Notes: generated by a model not told the origin, from the letters alone. A stretch of DNA of 64,000 bases from Promethearchaeota archaeon (GCA_029838195.1 JALGVJ010000012.1:47732-111731), one strand, 5' to 3'. Shown: positions 30,378 to 41,749, counted from the first letter of the stretch. A program made the numbers and translations.

Positions 30378-31958
30378 TCAGTATTCTTGGAGATAGGGTT
30401 TGCCTAATTTAAGACATGTTTCTGCTTTACTCAATTCTCTAGAAACATAACTCACGTGATGGGGATCGTTAATTAAATTTTCCTGTAAAATTCTTTTACA
30501 AAGAGCTTCAGCATTATTTCCTATTAAGGTCATCTTCAATTCATTGTTATTGGAGAAAAAAAGCACGTAAATCTCTTTGTTATAATGATTTACGTGGAAT
30601 TTAAAATAACCTTTTGGATCAGGAATATAAGACTCATCTAATTTTGACACGTGAACTGCTGTCTCTCTATTAATATCAGGAACTTCCTCAGAAGTCTTGC
30701 CTTTTGCCTTAAATACTTCAATTCCCATATTAATTGGTGGTGCGTTGAGGTGTTTGGAGATGTAGCATAATTTAACACAATCGGATAATTCTTTTACGCC
30801 TCCCATTAATTTAACGCTATGTTCGACCGTGAATAAAATCCCAATATCCAATTCGATTGCCAAGCTTGATAATAATCCATTTATGCCGACCGAATCTACA
30901 TCCATGAGCTCAACTACGTTTGAAACTCCAAAAAAGAGGGGAACTTCAAATTCCGAATATCCACATTGAAAAACACGTTTTTTATAGAGAAAATACGCCT
31001 CCAAAGAATTACACATGCCTGGAGAGATGGGTGTTTGAAGGAGGGGGTCAGCTATTAGTTTCTGATATCCTAATTTTCTTAATTTCTTTATTAAAGAAAA
31101 TAAATTACGATTCTTAGTATCTGCATCTGAAGGAAAATATCCTTTACTAACATTCGTCGGTAAAATAACAATGGGAGTATCTTTCGGAATGGTTGAACAT
31201 TCTTTATAGTTGCCTAAATCCAAGCTTAGAATTAGATCAATACCTTCTTCTACGGCAGAATTAATCTCAACAGGATTCATGGAGTCAATACTTATTAATG
31301 TATCGAAATTTGTTCGCAATAATTTAATTATTTCTTTTATTCTTTCGGGATTGGGGCGATTCGACACGCATCCTATATCGATGATGTCCGCACCTGAATC
31401 AATATAATGTTTCGCTTTTTTTAAGATAGCATTATCTTCTTTAAGCGTGCAATTTACGATTTCTGCTATGATAGGAGGCGGGAGATTCCGACCGATCATT
31501 ACATCTGAACGTTCCTCATTAATATAAAAAGTATGAAATCCGAGATTCTTTTTAGCAATTTTCACCTGTTCAAGATAAAATTTTTCATAAAGCTCTTTTC
31601 CAGACTTGTGGAATAATTTATTGGCAGGAATTACCGATGATAATTTTATCTTATCCAAATTTTTAATTATCATAGGAATGTCTGAGGCAAACTCCGGTCC
31701 TTTTCTAACATCCATGCCACATTCCTTTTCTAAAGAACTTGTATCCCATTGAATAAATCCCGGAAGTAAAATTAAATCATAGTCCTTTATAGAAAGAGAA
31801 TTTAAAATTCTGCGAGCCATTTCTTTAGTAATGAATGCTGAAACCGAAACTGGGGCCGTTTTAATTTCGAATACGTGTTCTTTTAAAGGTTCTACAATCT
31901 TTTTTATGATATCATGAGTTTCCCGGCCGGTAATTATTAATATTTTAATGAAGATCAC
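30378..31958 (-). CDS. Dihydropteroate synthase-like protein (archaeal TIGR00284 type, DUF4346-like C-terminus)
   Basis: IIAEI, GADIIDIG, SIDSMN, NVVELMDVDSVGIN, DPKGYF. Confidence 0.85.
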   Translation of the reverse strand: MIFIKILIITGRETHDIIKKIVEPLKEHVFEIKTAPVSVSAFITKEMARRILNSLSIKDYDLILLPGFIQWDTSSLEKECGMDVRKGPEFASDIPMIIKNLDKIKLSSVIPANKLFHKSGKELYEKFYLEQVKIAKKNLGFHTFYINEERSDVMIGRNLPPPIIAEIVNCTLKEDNAILKKAKHYIDSGADIIDIGCVSNRPNPERIKEIIKLLRTNFDTLISIDSMNPVEINSAVEEGIDLILSLDLGNYKECSTIPKDTPIVILPTNVSKGYFPSDADTKNRNLFSLIKKLRKLGYQKLIADPLLQTPISPGMCNSLEAYFLYKKRVFQCGYSEFEVPLFFGVSNVVELMDVDSVGINGLLSSLAIELDIGILFTVEHSVKLMGGVKELSDCVKLCYISKHLNAPPINMGIEVFKAKGKTSEEVPDINRETAVHVSKLDESYIPDPKGYFKFHVNHYNKEIYVLFFSNNNELKMTLIGNNAEALCKRILQENLINDPHHVSYVSRELSKAETCLKLGKPYLQEY

Positions 31959-33039
31959 TTAAAATTTTATCTTTATTAAATGGAATGTAAAGATCATCTA
32001 ATACTGTTCCTGATGCTTTTTTCAACTCCATGTTATCAATAATCGATTTATATTTTCCTCCCAATAACCCTTCTGCTATAAAAGCTGCTCCTTGTGCGGC
32101 TCTTTTTGCAATTTGAGAATATGTTGCCATCATTCTCACGGGAGCTAAATCTGAAAGTTCTCGTGTGATTTCTCGTTTCATGTACGCGATACGTGCACCT
32201 CTTCCCGCTAATAAAATTTCTTGGATTTTTTCCTTCTTTGAAAAAGAGGCACAAATACTATATACGGCTTTTTTCACGTTAGAGAGATAAGCTTCCAAGG
32301 CAAGCTTAGTTTGGTGGTCTTTTTCTGCCAATAAGGTGATTTCATTCAAGCTTAAATCTGAAAATCCGGCAATGGATGACACTCCTCCCCTATAGATGTT
32401 CTTTTTTTCTATGTTTTTAATTAAATACGCAAGCTCCCCATCTAAGCTCCCACATGCCTTGAATCCCATGATATTTGAACCTCCTATTCCATCGATGATT
32501 TGCCCATTTTCCACTGCGATTACTGCTGTAAATCCATGGCCTATTTCCACCATTATAAAATTAACTTCTTTAGGCGACTTGTTAAATCTTTCACATTGAT
32601 CTCTAATTCCTACCACGGAAGTACAGAGCTTGTCCGCCGTGCCCATATCAATTTTATTAATCTTCCTATATCTCGGAACAGTTGGCAAGTGTTTAACACT
32701 TGGAACAATTACAGCGGGAATGTTTTCGGCTTTAATCATTCGAAGAACCTCTCCTAGCCCAATCAGGGAATCTTCCTTGTTTATCTTGAACTTTAACAAA
32801 GTATAAAAAATATCCGTTTCACTCAATTCGCTTACTCGTTTTAATGGCAATCCAAATCCACTAGGAGCGACCATTAAATCAATATTTTTAATTGATTTTA
32901 GAATCATGAGTGCTTTTTTCGGCTCTTCCAAGATTTCTTTCGAGGTAATAGATGCATCTAAAATTATTTTCTCGCCTTCTAAACCGAAAAAATCCCATGA
33001 AAGCGTTCCTGGGTCAACACCTACAACAATGTTCGGCAA
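31945..33039 (-). CDS. DUF1464 family ASKHA kinase-like protein
   Basis: GVDPGT, APSGFG, NKIDMGTADK, IIDGIGG, LDGELAY, AAQGAA. Confidence 0.85.
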   Translation of the reverse strand: MPNIVVGVDPGTLSWDFFGLEGEKIILDASITSKEILEEPKKALMILKSIKNIDLMVAPSGFGLPLKRVSELSETDIFYTLLKFKINKEDSLIGLGEVLRMIKAENIPAVIVPSVKHLPTVPRYRKINKIDMGTADKLCTSVVGIRDQCERFNKSPKEVNFIMVEIGHGFTAVIAVENGQIIDGIGGSNIMGFKACGSLDGELAYLIKNIEKKNIYRGGVSSIAGFSDLSLNEITLLAEKDHQTKLALEAYLSNVKKAVYSICASFSKKEKIQEILLAGRGARIAYMKREITRELSDLAPVRMMATYSQIAKRAAQGAAFIAEGLLGGKYKSIIDNMELKKASGTVLDDLYIPFNKDKILSDLH

Positions 33040-33261
33040 AATGAATCAATTTTGAACCATGTATTTAATTGTACAAATTTATAATTCTAAATATTTTTAA
33101 CTCGTTTTAATTCTTGCTTTTTCACCCCGATGAGATTTCAAGGAAAATCTCGTGGAGCCCATAGTCATATAAAAAATAAATCTAGAATATTTAAGTCTCA
33201 AATCTTTAATTAAAGCAGCATAACATGTAATTTTTAAAAACACAATAAGAGAGAAAAAATC

Positions 33262-33792
33262 ATGCAGGTAAATGTTTTTGTATGTGAAATCTGTGGAGAA
33301 GCTTATGTCGGGGAAGAGATCCCTTCAAGATGCCCTTTTTGCGGAGCGTATAAGAAATACTTGGTATTAGCAAGTGATTATGATGATACGAGTGCTTGGG
33401 ATGTGGAATTGAATGATAAAGATAAAGCAAATGTGGAAAAAGCTTTAGGATTAGAAATTTCCAATACTGTTTTTTATAAATGCGCGAGCAAGAAAGTACC
33501 AGAATTGGAAGGTCAAAAACTCTTTAAAATCTTAAGTAAGGTAGAAAACGAGCATGCTTCCGTGTGGAAAAAAATCCTTAAACTAAAAAGCATTGACCTT
33601 CCCAAATATGATGAGTGTGCAGAACAATACCAACCGAATCTTAAGGAATCTCATGAAAGAGAAGAAAGAGCAATAAAATTCTACAAGCAAGCTGCGGAAG
33701 AAGCGAAAAGTGAAAGAGTAAAACAAATTTTTGAAGCATTTGTGGAAGTTGAAACCGACCACTTGATCCTCTCCGAATCGCGAATAGAATAA
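33262..33792 (+). CDS. Rubrerythrin-family protein (N-terminal rubredoxin plus ferritin-like domain)
   Basis: CEICG...CPFCG; ENEH and ETDH. Confidence 0.9.
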   Translation: MQVNVFVCEICGEAYVGEEIPSRCPFCGAYKKYLVLASDYDDTSAWDVELNDKDKANVEKALGLEISNTVFYKCASKKVPELEGQKLFKILSKVENEHASVWKKILKLKSIDLPKYDECAEQYQPNLKESHEREERAIKFYKQAAEEAKSERVKQIFEAFVEVETDHLILSESRIE

Positions 33793-33982
33793 GTAGGAGG
33801 GGAAAAAAATAAAAGTAAGTTAACTTGTTATCGGTGTAAACTTTTTGTTTTGATTTAATTTTCCTTTTATTTTTTTTATTATTCTTTTTAAAGGATTAAT
33901 TATTTTTTGAAAAACTCAATTTTTAATAGCTACAGATCCTTATGATGTTTAGTTAATTATTATTAAAAAAAGGGAAGAAAAA

Positions 33983-36469
33983 ATGAGTAAGATAGAAAAA
34001 AGAATTACCAGTAAACTCATTGAGCCTCATGATTTATCCCACCGCTCCAAATGGTTAAGAGATTATTATTTCTTGGGACCAGAAAGGGAATGGAATAATG
34101 AATTCATGCCATTTACAACTGGCACGGATTGGGATATCATTTGGAATGAAACAGATTATTACGTGGCACCTGAAACTCATACTTACATTGGTATAAAGGG
34201 AAAGGGGGTTTTTGAATGTAGTTTTCGGTCCGTTGCCAAGCCAGTTACAACGCTCCCTGAAAATTTTTGGGATCTATCCTTACCGGAGCGTAGGACACTC
34301 TTTTTGGAAGAAGTAATATTAAATTATGTTCCTCAGGAAATTGTTGGACCCTCTTTACTCGCCGGTTCTCGATTCAATACTCAATTGAGTAAATGCTTCA
34401 ATAAAAAAGAAGCGGAAAAATATTGGAAAAAGAATTTAAAAGCACGTAAAGCTTTTTTCAAGTATCATAAATCTGGATTCGGCAATTGCGGAGCTACGGC
34501 TGGCCACATAATAGTTGATTACAAGACTGTAATTACTAAAGGATTTAAATATCTTCATGAAAAAGCAATAAAAACATATGAAAATCTAAGCGAAAAAGAA
34601 AAAAAGGGCCCAAAAGGGGCTGAATTGCGAGCTATGATTAGAAGCACTCTGATTCCAAAAAAATTAGCTGAAAAATATGCTGAAGAATGTAGAAGATTGA
34701 AAAAAGAAGCTCCTACTCAAGAAAGAGTGGAAGAATTAGAACAAATGGCAAGAAATCTTGAAAGAGTTCCATGGGAACCGGCAGAAACCTTTTGGCAAGG
34801 AGTTCAAGCGCTTTGGTTAACACACATGTTGATCATGGCCGAAGAATCATATCCCGGACCTGGAACCAGTTTCGGCAGAACAGATCAGTATTTATGGCCA
34901 TTATATAAAAAAGATGTAATAGAAGAAAAAAATATTACCAAAGAATTTGCTAAGGACATATTAGGTAGCTTTTGGTTTCATTGTAATACAGTATACGATG
35001 CCATGATAAGAATTGGACGTCAAGGAATAACATCCGCATTTGGACAATTAATGACTTTAAGCGGATGCGGCCCTAATGGAGAAGATTTAACTAACGAGCT
35101 AACATATGCCATTCTTGAAGTAATTGATGAATGGATGCCCATATTAGAACCAAAACCGAATGTTCGCCTTCATCGAAATTCTCCCGAAAAACTATTAAAC
35201 ATCGTGATTGATATGATTTCTCGGGCTCAAGGCGCTCCCTTCTTGATTAATTTTGATGAACGCTCTATTGCCGGGATGATTTTGGAAGGGATTCCTAAAG
35301 AAGAAGCCTGGGATTATGCATGCGTCGGATGCTTGGAAAATACCATGCAAGGAAATGATAGGAGTGGTACTGTCAATTGTAACCCTAACTTAGCAAAAAG
35401 TCTTGAATTAACTTTATGGAATGGAAGAAACATGCCAGGAAACGTCAATAAACCCTGGAATAAGGAAGGTGAGCAATTTGGACCTAAAACGGGAAATCCC
35501 GAGAATTTTCAGAGTTGGGAAGAGTTCTGGAACGCGTGGACTGAACAAATAAAGTTCATCATTAAATATACGGTTGACGTTTACAACATAACGGAAGAAT
35601 TAAGAGCAGAATTCTTGCCTACACCTTACGTTTCCACCCTCGTTAGAGGATGCATTGAAAAAGGATTGGATGTAAGATGTGGCGGTCCAGAAATCAGATT
35701 TGTAACGATTGAAGGAGTCGCATTTGCGACCACGGTGGATTCATTATTAGCCATCAAGCATTTCGTTTATGACAAGAAAAAATATACCATCTCTCAGATT
35801 AAAGATGCATTAGTAAATAATTTTGAAGGGAAAGATTACGTTATAATGCAGACTGAATTGAAAAATAAAGCACCGAAATATGGAAATGATGAGGATGAAG
35901 CCGATGAAATAGCACGATTAGTTATGAAAACTTGGGCTGATGAAACGTGGAAACATGAAACTCCAACAAGGTTTCGCTTCCGTCCCGGCATGCTTTCTTG
36001 GAATTACTGGGCTGGCTCCGCAGCAAGCTTAACACCCGCCACGCCTGATGGGAGGAAAAAAGGAACGTTTTTATCAAACGCCATTTGTCCTACAACTGGT
36101 GCAGATCTTAAAGGGCCTACCGCAGTAACTAATTCTGTCGGTCGAGCACTGGGGGGAAAAACGGAAACAGGCGAATATGTAAATTACTTGCCTAATGGAG
36201 CTTCCCATACAATAACGTTTAATCCGTCTATTCTTCGAGATCCCGAACACAGGGACAAATTCAAGGCTTATTTAAGAGGTTATGTTGAAAATGGCGGTAC
36301 TTGTTTACAAATAAACATGTTAGATGCGGACATGTTGCGAGATGCTCAGAAGCATCCTGAGAATTATAAAAACCTACTCGTGAGAGTAACGGGCTACAAC
36401 GCATATTTCAATGCTATCGGCAAGGAACTACAAGATGAGATAATTGCGAGGGAATCACACCACATGTAA
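33983..36469 (+). CDS. Glycyl-radical enzyme (PFL superfamily), substrate unknown
   Basis: SFGRTDQYL, ACVGCLE cysteine loop, ATPDGR, RVTGY glycine loop. Confidence 0.92.
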   Translation: MSKIEKRITSKLIEPHDLSHRSKWLRDYYFLGPEREWNNEFMPFTTGTDWDIIWNETDYYVAPETHTYIGIKGKGVFECSFRSVAKPVTTLPENFWDLSLPERRTLFLEEVILNYVPQEIVGPSLLAGSRFNTQLSKCFNKKEAEKYWKKNLKARKAFFKYHKSGFGNCGATAGHIIVDYKTVITKGFKYLHEKAIKTYENLSEKEKKGPKGAELRAMIRSTLIPKKLAEKYAEECRRLKKEAPTQERVEELEQMARNLERVPWEPAETFWQGVQALWLTHMLIMAEESYPGPGTSFGRTDQYLWPLYKKDVIEEKNITKEFAKDILGSFWFHCNTVYDAMIRIGRQGITSAFGQLMTLSGCGPNGEDLTNELTYAILEVIDEWMPILEPKPNVRLHRNSPEKLLNIVIDMISRAQGAPFLINFDERSIAGMILEGIPKEEAWDYACVGCLENTMQGNDRSGTVNCNPNLAKSLELTLWNGRNMPGNVNKPWNKEGEQFGPKTGNPENFQSWEEFWNAWTEQIKFIIKYTVDVYNITEELRAEFLPTPYVSTLVRGCIEKGLDVRCGGPEIRFVTIEGVAFATTVDSLLAIKHFVYDKKKYTISQIKDALVNNFEGKDYVIMQTELKNKAPKYGNDEDEADEIARLVMKTWADETWKHETPTRFRFRPGMLSWNYWAGSAASLTPATPDGRKKGTFLSNAICPTTGADLKGPTAVTNSVGRALGGKTETGEYVNYLPNGASHTITFNPSILRDPEHRDKFKAYLRGYVENGGTCLQINMLDADMLRDAQKHPENYKNLLVRVTGYNAYFNAIGKELQDEIIARESHHM

Positions 36470-36894
36470 TCATCTTAACTAATATTTTTTATTTTTTTTT
36501 CTCTCTTTTTTAAATATTAATTCTTTTAAGTATTGAGGTTTGAAGTTCAGAAGAGATTTTTATCATTTATTTCATGCGGATCTTGTTCTTAATGGTTAAT
36601 CAAGTATTAGACAATTTTGTGAAAATCTGGTCAATAAAAATTCTTTTAAAATAAATCCCTTGAATTAAAAAAAAGATTCTTAAATGGGTTAATTAAAAAA
36701 AAAATCGCTTTTTAACTTAGAGAGCCTCTCTTAGTTAGTTAATTAGGAAGGAAGTAGACTCATCATTAATTTATTATTTAAATTCAAAATTAGTTTGAAA
36801 AGCCTTAATTTATTTCATATGAATAAATATAATGGGAAAAAAATATCAAATTATTTTTTCATTTATTAATTCCCCTGGTTTCTATAAACCATTT

Positions 36895-38691
36895 TTATTG
36901 CTGCTCATATGCTCTTTCCAATGCCCTTGCAAATGCTCTGCTAAATGCTCTCGCAAATGCTTGTTCAAACGCCCTTGCAAATGCTCTGCTAAATGCAATT
37001 TCCCAATTTATTGATATTTCTTCCTCTCCTTCTTGGGTTTCAGATAACCCATAAATTGTATTATAGAAAGTTGCACTTGTTTCCGAGGTATTTGCCCGAT
37101 TTGCAGTAGAATTATAGGAAATATCAATCCACACCGGTGAGGGCCCTCCAAATTGAAGTTTTTGAAGTTTTAATTCATCATAATTATTAGTGCACGATAT
37201 TGTGATGTTCAATAGGATCATGTTTGTTGAATCATTCATCCATATATCAAGATAGACTAACGCATTATTGAGCTCATTCTCAATTGGTAAATAATGAAAA
37301 CCGGCAAATAAAACATGAGTATCTTGACGAACATCACAAATAATTTTGATTTGAAAATCTCCTTCGGCACCAAATGGATTAATGACAAATTCATTATTTC
37401 GTCCATTAATTACGGTAGAATTTTTATAAAATATAACGATATCCTCTGGTTCCATGAAATCTGCCACGCTATATTTATGAAGATATTTTAAAACTCCATT
37501 GCTAAAATATTCCAGGTAAACATAACTATTATTTATTGTATTATATATCTTTATATAATTTTCCCCCGTATCCACGGCGTCCACGTATGGTGAATTATCC
37601 GCATAATCTTGCCAATGGTTCTCTACATCGTATCCCCTTGTTCCTTTAGGTAGTAAAAAGAAACTGGGTCCTTGATTCTCTATAATTGTCATTGGATCAT
37701 TATCATTTGCCCTCCCGATAGGAATGAAATCTTCTTGTTGCCATTTATGCTCGCTACCATCCCAGTATGTAATATTTGCCCATACTTCTTGATAAGTAAG
37801 GGGTTCGTTTTCTTGAATGATGGTAGTTTCATTTATTTTCATGATCTCGGATCTCAACTCGACATAATCTCGTCCAAGATATAATAAATCGCCAACATTT
37901 AAAGCCCATTGGGTATCATTCAAGGGATTAAAATCGCTAATTCGTTCATATCTAATTTTTGCTTTTTCAGATCCATGATATACATGTATTTCTCCAAAAA
38001 TGAGAATTCCATTTATATCATAGGTCATGTTAGCATAAGTATCCATGTCAGTATTTGTATAATTAATGTTCCAGTAAGTGCTCCCATCTGTTTTAGTGTA
38101 AACATCCGTTGTTGAAGCTGTTCCATTACTTAGCGTGTGATTATAATAAGGATAAAGGAGCTCTGCACAATAAACCATATCTGGTTTATTAGTTGTTCCG
38201 TTAATCGGTATGAAAGGATTCACTTCTATTTGCCTTCCTTCTTCAGGACCTTCAGGATTTAAGGGAAACATTAGCGGGAGAGGATACACATCCGTATAGT
38301 TTACTAACGAGACATTGATTAATGGGTAATTGGGTAGCACGTTTCGCAATGGTTCTAATCCCGGCGTGGATAAATTTGCATTCCAAAACAAGCGATCTAA
38401 TACAATTCCATACGCATCAAATTTATTTGTATCAAATGCCAAGCCATCTTCTATAAGCTTAATCTCCGAGATGTTATATATTAAATCCCGTACTCTTGGC
38501 CCACTTCCTTCAAGAATTGTCGCGCGCCAACCAATTGTAGTATTCACATCAAAACCCCAATAAGGATGAGGACGCGGAAGGGGAGGAGCTGGCTCCATTT
38601 GAGTATCTGCTTTTATGTCCACGAAGAGCCAAGAGGAAGAAATTAGGATGATTGAACAAAATAAAATTAATTGAACTTTGGTCATTCGCAA
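36895..38691 (-). CDS. Secreted/surface protein with C-terminal (AFxR)n repeat
   Basis: N-terminal signal peptide; Asn/Thr/Tyr-rich with many N-x-S/T sequons; repeat tail. Confidence 0.8.
   Translation of the reverse strand: MRMTKVQLILFCSIILISSSWLFVDIKADTQMEPAPPLPRPHPYWGFDVNTTIGWRATILEGSGPRVRDLIYNISEIKLIEDGLAFDTNKFDAYGIVLDRLFWNANLSTPGLEPLRNVLPNYPLINVSLVNYTDVYPLPLMFPLNPEGPEEGRQIEVNPFIPINGTTNKPDMVYCAELLYPYYNHTLSNGTASTTDVYTKTDGSTYWNINYTNTDMDTYANMTYDINGILIFGEIHVYHGSEKAKIRYERISDFNPLNDTQWALNVGDLLYLGRDYVELRSEIMKINETTIIQENEPLTYQEVWANITYWDGSEHKWQQEDFIPIGRANDNDPMTIIENQGPSFFLLPKGTRGYDVENHWQDYADNSPYVDAVDTGENYIKIYNTINNSYVYLEYFSNGVLKYLHKYSVADFMEPEDIVIFYKNSTVINGRNNEFVINPFGAEGDFQIKIICDVRQDTHVLFAGFHYLPIENELNNALVYLDIWMNDSTNMILLNITISCTNNYDELKLQKLQFGGPSPVWIDISYNSTANRANTSETSATFYNTIYGLSETQEGEEEISINWEIAFSRAFARAFEQAFARAFSRAFARALERAYEQQ
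36901..36996 (-). repeat. 12-nt (4-aa) tandem repeat x8 with 48-nt higher-order duplication
   Basis: GCCCTTGCAAATGCTCTGCTAAATGC exact at 36923-36948 and 36971-36996. Confidence 0.9.
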
Positions 38692-39138
38692 AATTATATT
38701 TCACCTAATTTATAAGAATGATATATAATTATGAGTTATTCAAGAAAGACCTTTTAAAAAGGTTTTGATTCAAATATGCTCTATAGTAAAAATAGTTTTA
38801 AACTCGCAAATATAATGGAATCCCGATTTGAGACTGATATTGTACATTAAATTCAAAATCATTTGTGAGGCTCTTTTATTCATTCAATAATCAATCCACC
38901 TAAAAGAAAGAATGGAGAGAAAAATTAATTATTACTTTTTTTATACTCTCTCGAATTTTCAAGAACAAAATCCCTCTTTTATTTTACTTACTTTTAATTT
39001 ATTCAAGGCTGTAATTTTTTGGAAAAAATAGGATTTTTGTATTAAAATTTATATCATTTAATTTCGAAATACATATTAAAGAAAAGTTTTCATCACGATT
39101 CATGGTAATAATTTATTAAAATAAAAGGAGGGATTTAG

Positions 39139-40776
39139 ATGGCTGAAGCAAGTTGTTTTTTAATTAAGAATGGAAAGATTATTGATGGAACGGGAAATCC
39201 ATGGTTTTATTCCGATATATTAATTGAAGATGGAAAAATAAAAGCAATTGCTCCAAGGATTCAGAATCGTGAAGCTGAACAGATAATAGATGCTTCAAGG
39301 TTAATAGTGTGTCCTGGATTTATTGACATTCATACTCATTCGGATTATACAATTCTAATTAGTAGAGGAGAAAATGTGTTAGCTCAAGGAGTGACTACTC
39401 ATGTTGTAGGAAATTGTGGTTTTTCCTTAACTCCCTTGCATCCAACCCTACTTAAAGATGATAAGAGCTTGGAAGCATTTAGGAACATGTTAGGTATATT
39501 AGAACAAGATGTTAATTATTTTACATTGGATGAGTATTTGGAGGATGCTAAAAAGAGAGGAATTCCCGTTAATTTAGTGCCCATGATTGGACATAGTACG
39601 ATTAGAATGAATGCCATGGGACTTGAGAATAGAAAGCCTTCTACTGAAGAGTTAACCCTCATGAAAAACATTCTAAAAGAGGAATTAGAGAGAGGAGCTT
39701 TTGGTCTATCTACGGGGTTAGATTATCCACCGGGCTCTTTTGCGAAGACAGAGGAAATCATAGAATTATGTAAGGTGGTAAAGGAATATAATGGACTTTA
39801 TGCTACTCATATTAGAGGTTTCGCATTTGGTTTGATCAAAGCTACTAAAGAAGCGATTAAAATAGCTGACACCGGCGTTCCCGTGGAAATTAATCACTTC
39901 AAGCCTTTTGGTTTCTGGAGAGGGAAAGGGAAAATAAAGCGAGCTCAAGAATTAGTAGAAAAAGCCCGTGAGAGCGGCTTAGATATTAATTTTGACGTGT
40001 TTCCTCATGCGTCCAACTCCACCTTTTTATTTGCCATGATACCCCCATGGATTTATTTATCTGAAGAAAAGGTAGATATTCCGAGGGCAGTGGAGTTCTT
40101 GAAAAAATCGAGAACAGATACAAACTTGAAAGAAAAAATATATAAAGAAATGAACGTTATTGCGAGGAGTTTTCTGGATATAACGGATGAGGAGGGATGG
40201 AAAAAGGTTTTCATAAATGCCCCAAATAGCAAACGGTATAATGGACGTTCTGTATTCCAAAATGCGAGAGAATACAATATGGATCCTAGGGAAGTAATCA
40301 TTGATGTATTAATTGAACAAAATGGAGCGGTTAGCGGTACTTATTTATCCATAATTCCAAAGGATAATATTCTTACAATAACGCATCCTTTAACCATGTA
40401 TGCGTCGGACGGGAGAATAATTCCAGAAGAGCAGGCCGGCTATTTTCCCAACCCTTATTGCAATGGCACATTTACACGTATTTTGAGTAAGTACGTGAGA
40501 GAAGAAAAATTGTTGCCTTTACATGATGCAATTAGAAGAATGACTTCATATCCGGCTCAAAAACTAAATTTAAAAGATAGAGGCTTATTAAGAGAAGGTT
40601 CATGGGCAGATATAGCCATTTTTGACCCGCATGAAGTAATAGATAAAGCCACGTATGAAGAACCGCGACTATATTCGGTAGGCATACATTACGTTTTTGT
40701 AAATGGCAAGCCCGCAATTTTTAATAAAGAATTCACGGGGATTAAAGCAGGCATGCCCATTAAGAGACCCACGTGA
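39139..40776 (+). CDS. N-acyl-D-amino-acid deacylase (D-aminoacylase)
   Basis: PGFIDIHTHSD, GNCGFS, STGLDYPPG, SDG, MTSYPA. Confidence 0.9.
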   Translation: MAEASCFLIKNGKIIDGTGNPWFYSDILIEDGKIKAIAPRIQNREAEQIIDASRLIVCPGFIDIHTHSDYTILISRGENVLAQGVTTHVVGNCGFSLTPLHPTLLKDDKSLEAFRNMLGILEQDVNYFTLDEYLEDAKKRGIPVNLVPMIGHSTIRMNAMGLENRKPSTEELTLMKNILKEELERGAFGLSTGLDYPPGSFAKTEEIIELCKVVKEYNGLYATHIRGFAFGLIKATKEAIKIADTGVPVEINHFKPFGFWRGKGKIKRAQELVEKARESGLDINFDVFPHASNSTFLFAMIPPWIYLSEEKVDIPRAVEFLKKSRTDTNLKEKIYKEMNVIARSFLDITDEEGWKKVFINAPNSKRYNGRSVFQNAREYNMDPREVIIDVLIEQNGAVSGTYLSIIPKDNILTITHPLTMYASDGRIIPEEQAGYFPNPYCNGTFTRILSKYVREEKLLPLHDAIRRMTSYPAQKLNLKDRGLLREGSWADIAIFDPHEVIDKATYEEPRLYSVGIHYVFVNGKPAIFNKEFTGIKAGMPIKRPT

Positions 40777-40794
40777 ATTTATAAGAAGACTTTT

Positions 40795-41334
40795 TTAAAG
40801 CCCTTTATTAAGAAAATACCATAAAAAAGCAACGACTACATACGTATTTCTGATCTTTCCGGCTCTCAAAAGATTTTTAACATCCTTTTCCGTTGCGAAC
40901 TCTATTTCAATGATTTCATTGAGGTCAAAATCAGGGGAACCTTTCTCCCCCAATCTTCCTAAAAAAGTATGGCATTTATTATTCATGATGGCGGGATTTC
41001 CGTCAACGGACCCAATCCTTGTTAATGATGTCAGCTTATATCCCGTTTCTTCTTTTAGTTCCCGTCTTGCAGCTTTTTCAGGTGTTTCTCCTGCTTCCAT
41101 GCAGCCACCTGGAATTTCAATTTCTATCTCATCATTTCCAAATCTAAATTGTTTAATCAATAAGATTTTATCATTTTCATCCAAAGCAATAACATTCACC
41201 CAATTGGGCACGTCGATGACATTTGCTATAACTTTTCTATGATCTCTCGGGTGAATGTATTCTTTTTCTAAAATATTAAATGGTGGCGTGCTTAAAATTT
41301 GACAAGATTTTAATAGCGTCCATTTTTTTATCAT
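40795..41334 (-). CDS. NUDIX hydrolase (ADP-ribose pyrophosphatase-like)
   Basis: Nudix box GCMEAGETPEKAARRELKEETG; QFR. Confidence 0.92.
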   Translation of the reverse strand: MIKKWTLLKSCQILSTPPFNILEKEYIHPRDHRKVIANVIDVPNWVNVIALDENDKILLIKQFRFGNDEIEIEIPGGCMEAGETPEKAARRELKEETGYKLTSLTRIGSVDGNPAIMNNKCHTFLGRLGEKGSPDFDLNEIIEIEFATEKDVKNLLRAGKIRNTYVVVAFLWYFLNKGL

Positions 41335-41542
41335 AGCATTTATTCAACCTCAAGCTGGTGAGTAGGTAAATGCTTTAAGATTCATTAAATTTGCCCTTAA
41401 GATGATCCTTAAAATTTTATGGGGTGTATTATAAAATTTGGAAAATTTGAATTTTTTTTTCAGAGAGATTCATGGGGATACATATTATTAATTTATTTAT
41501 ATATCTTCTTAAAACCTTTAGAATGGAGTGATATTATAATTC

Positions 41543-41749
41543 ATGGTCGATGTTGTCAAATTATTCCGTCCTATTTTAACCTTACAAGCTAAAAGAAAGC
41601 GGAACCGATTAAAAGAAATCCTCAATAGCTCGTTGGACTTCATGGAATCGATTCAAAAACAAGAGCTTAAACCTTTAGAAGGCACGTTTACCTATCATCG
41701 TCCTCTTGATTATTTGGGATGTTCTTTTCATCTTTTTTCTTGCTTTTAA
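41543..41749 (+). CDS. Small hypothetical ORF or gene fragment
   Basis: 68 aa preceded by SD-like GGAGTGA. Confidence 0.3.
   Translation: MVDVVKLFRPILTLQAKRKRNRLKEILNSSLDFMESIQKQELKPLEGTFTYHRPLDYLGCSFHLFSCF

Noticed and set aside
36832-37014. Cys-rich 60-aa ORF resembling a metallothionein
   Set aside because: It is the antisense shadow of the AFxR repeat of 36895-38691
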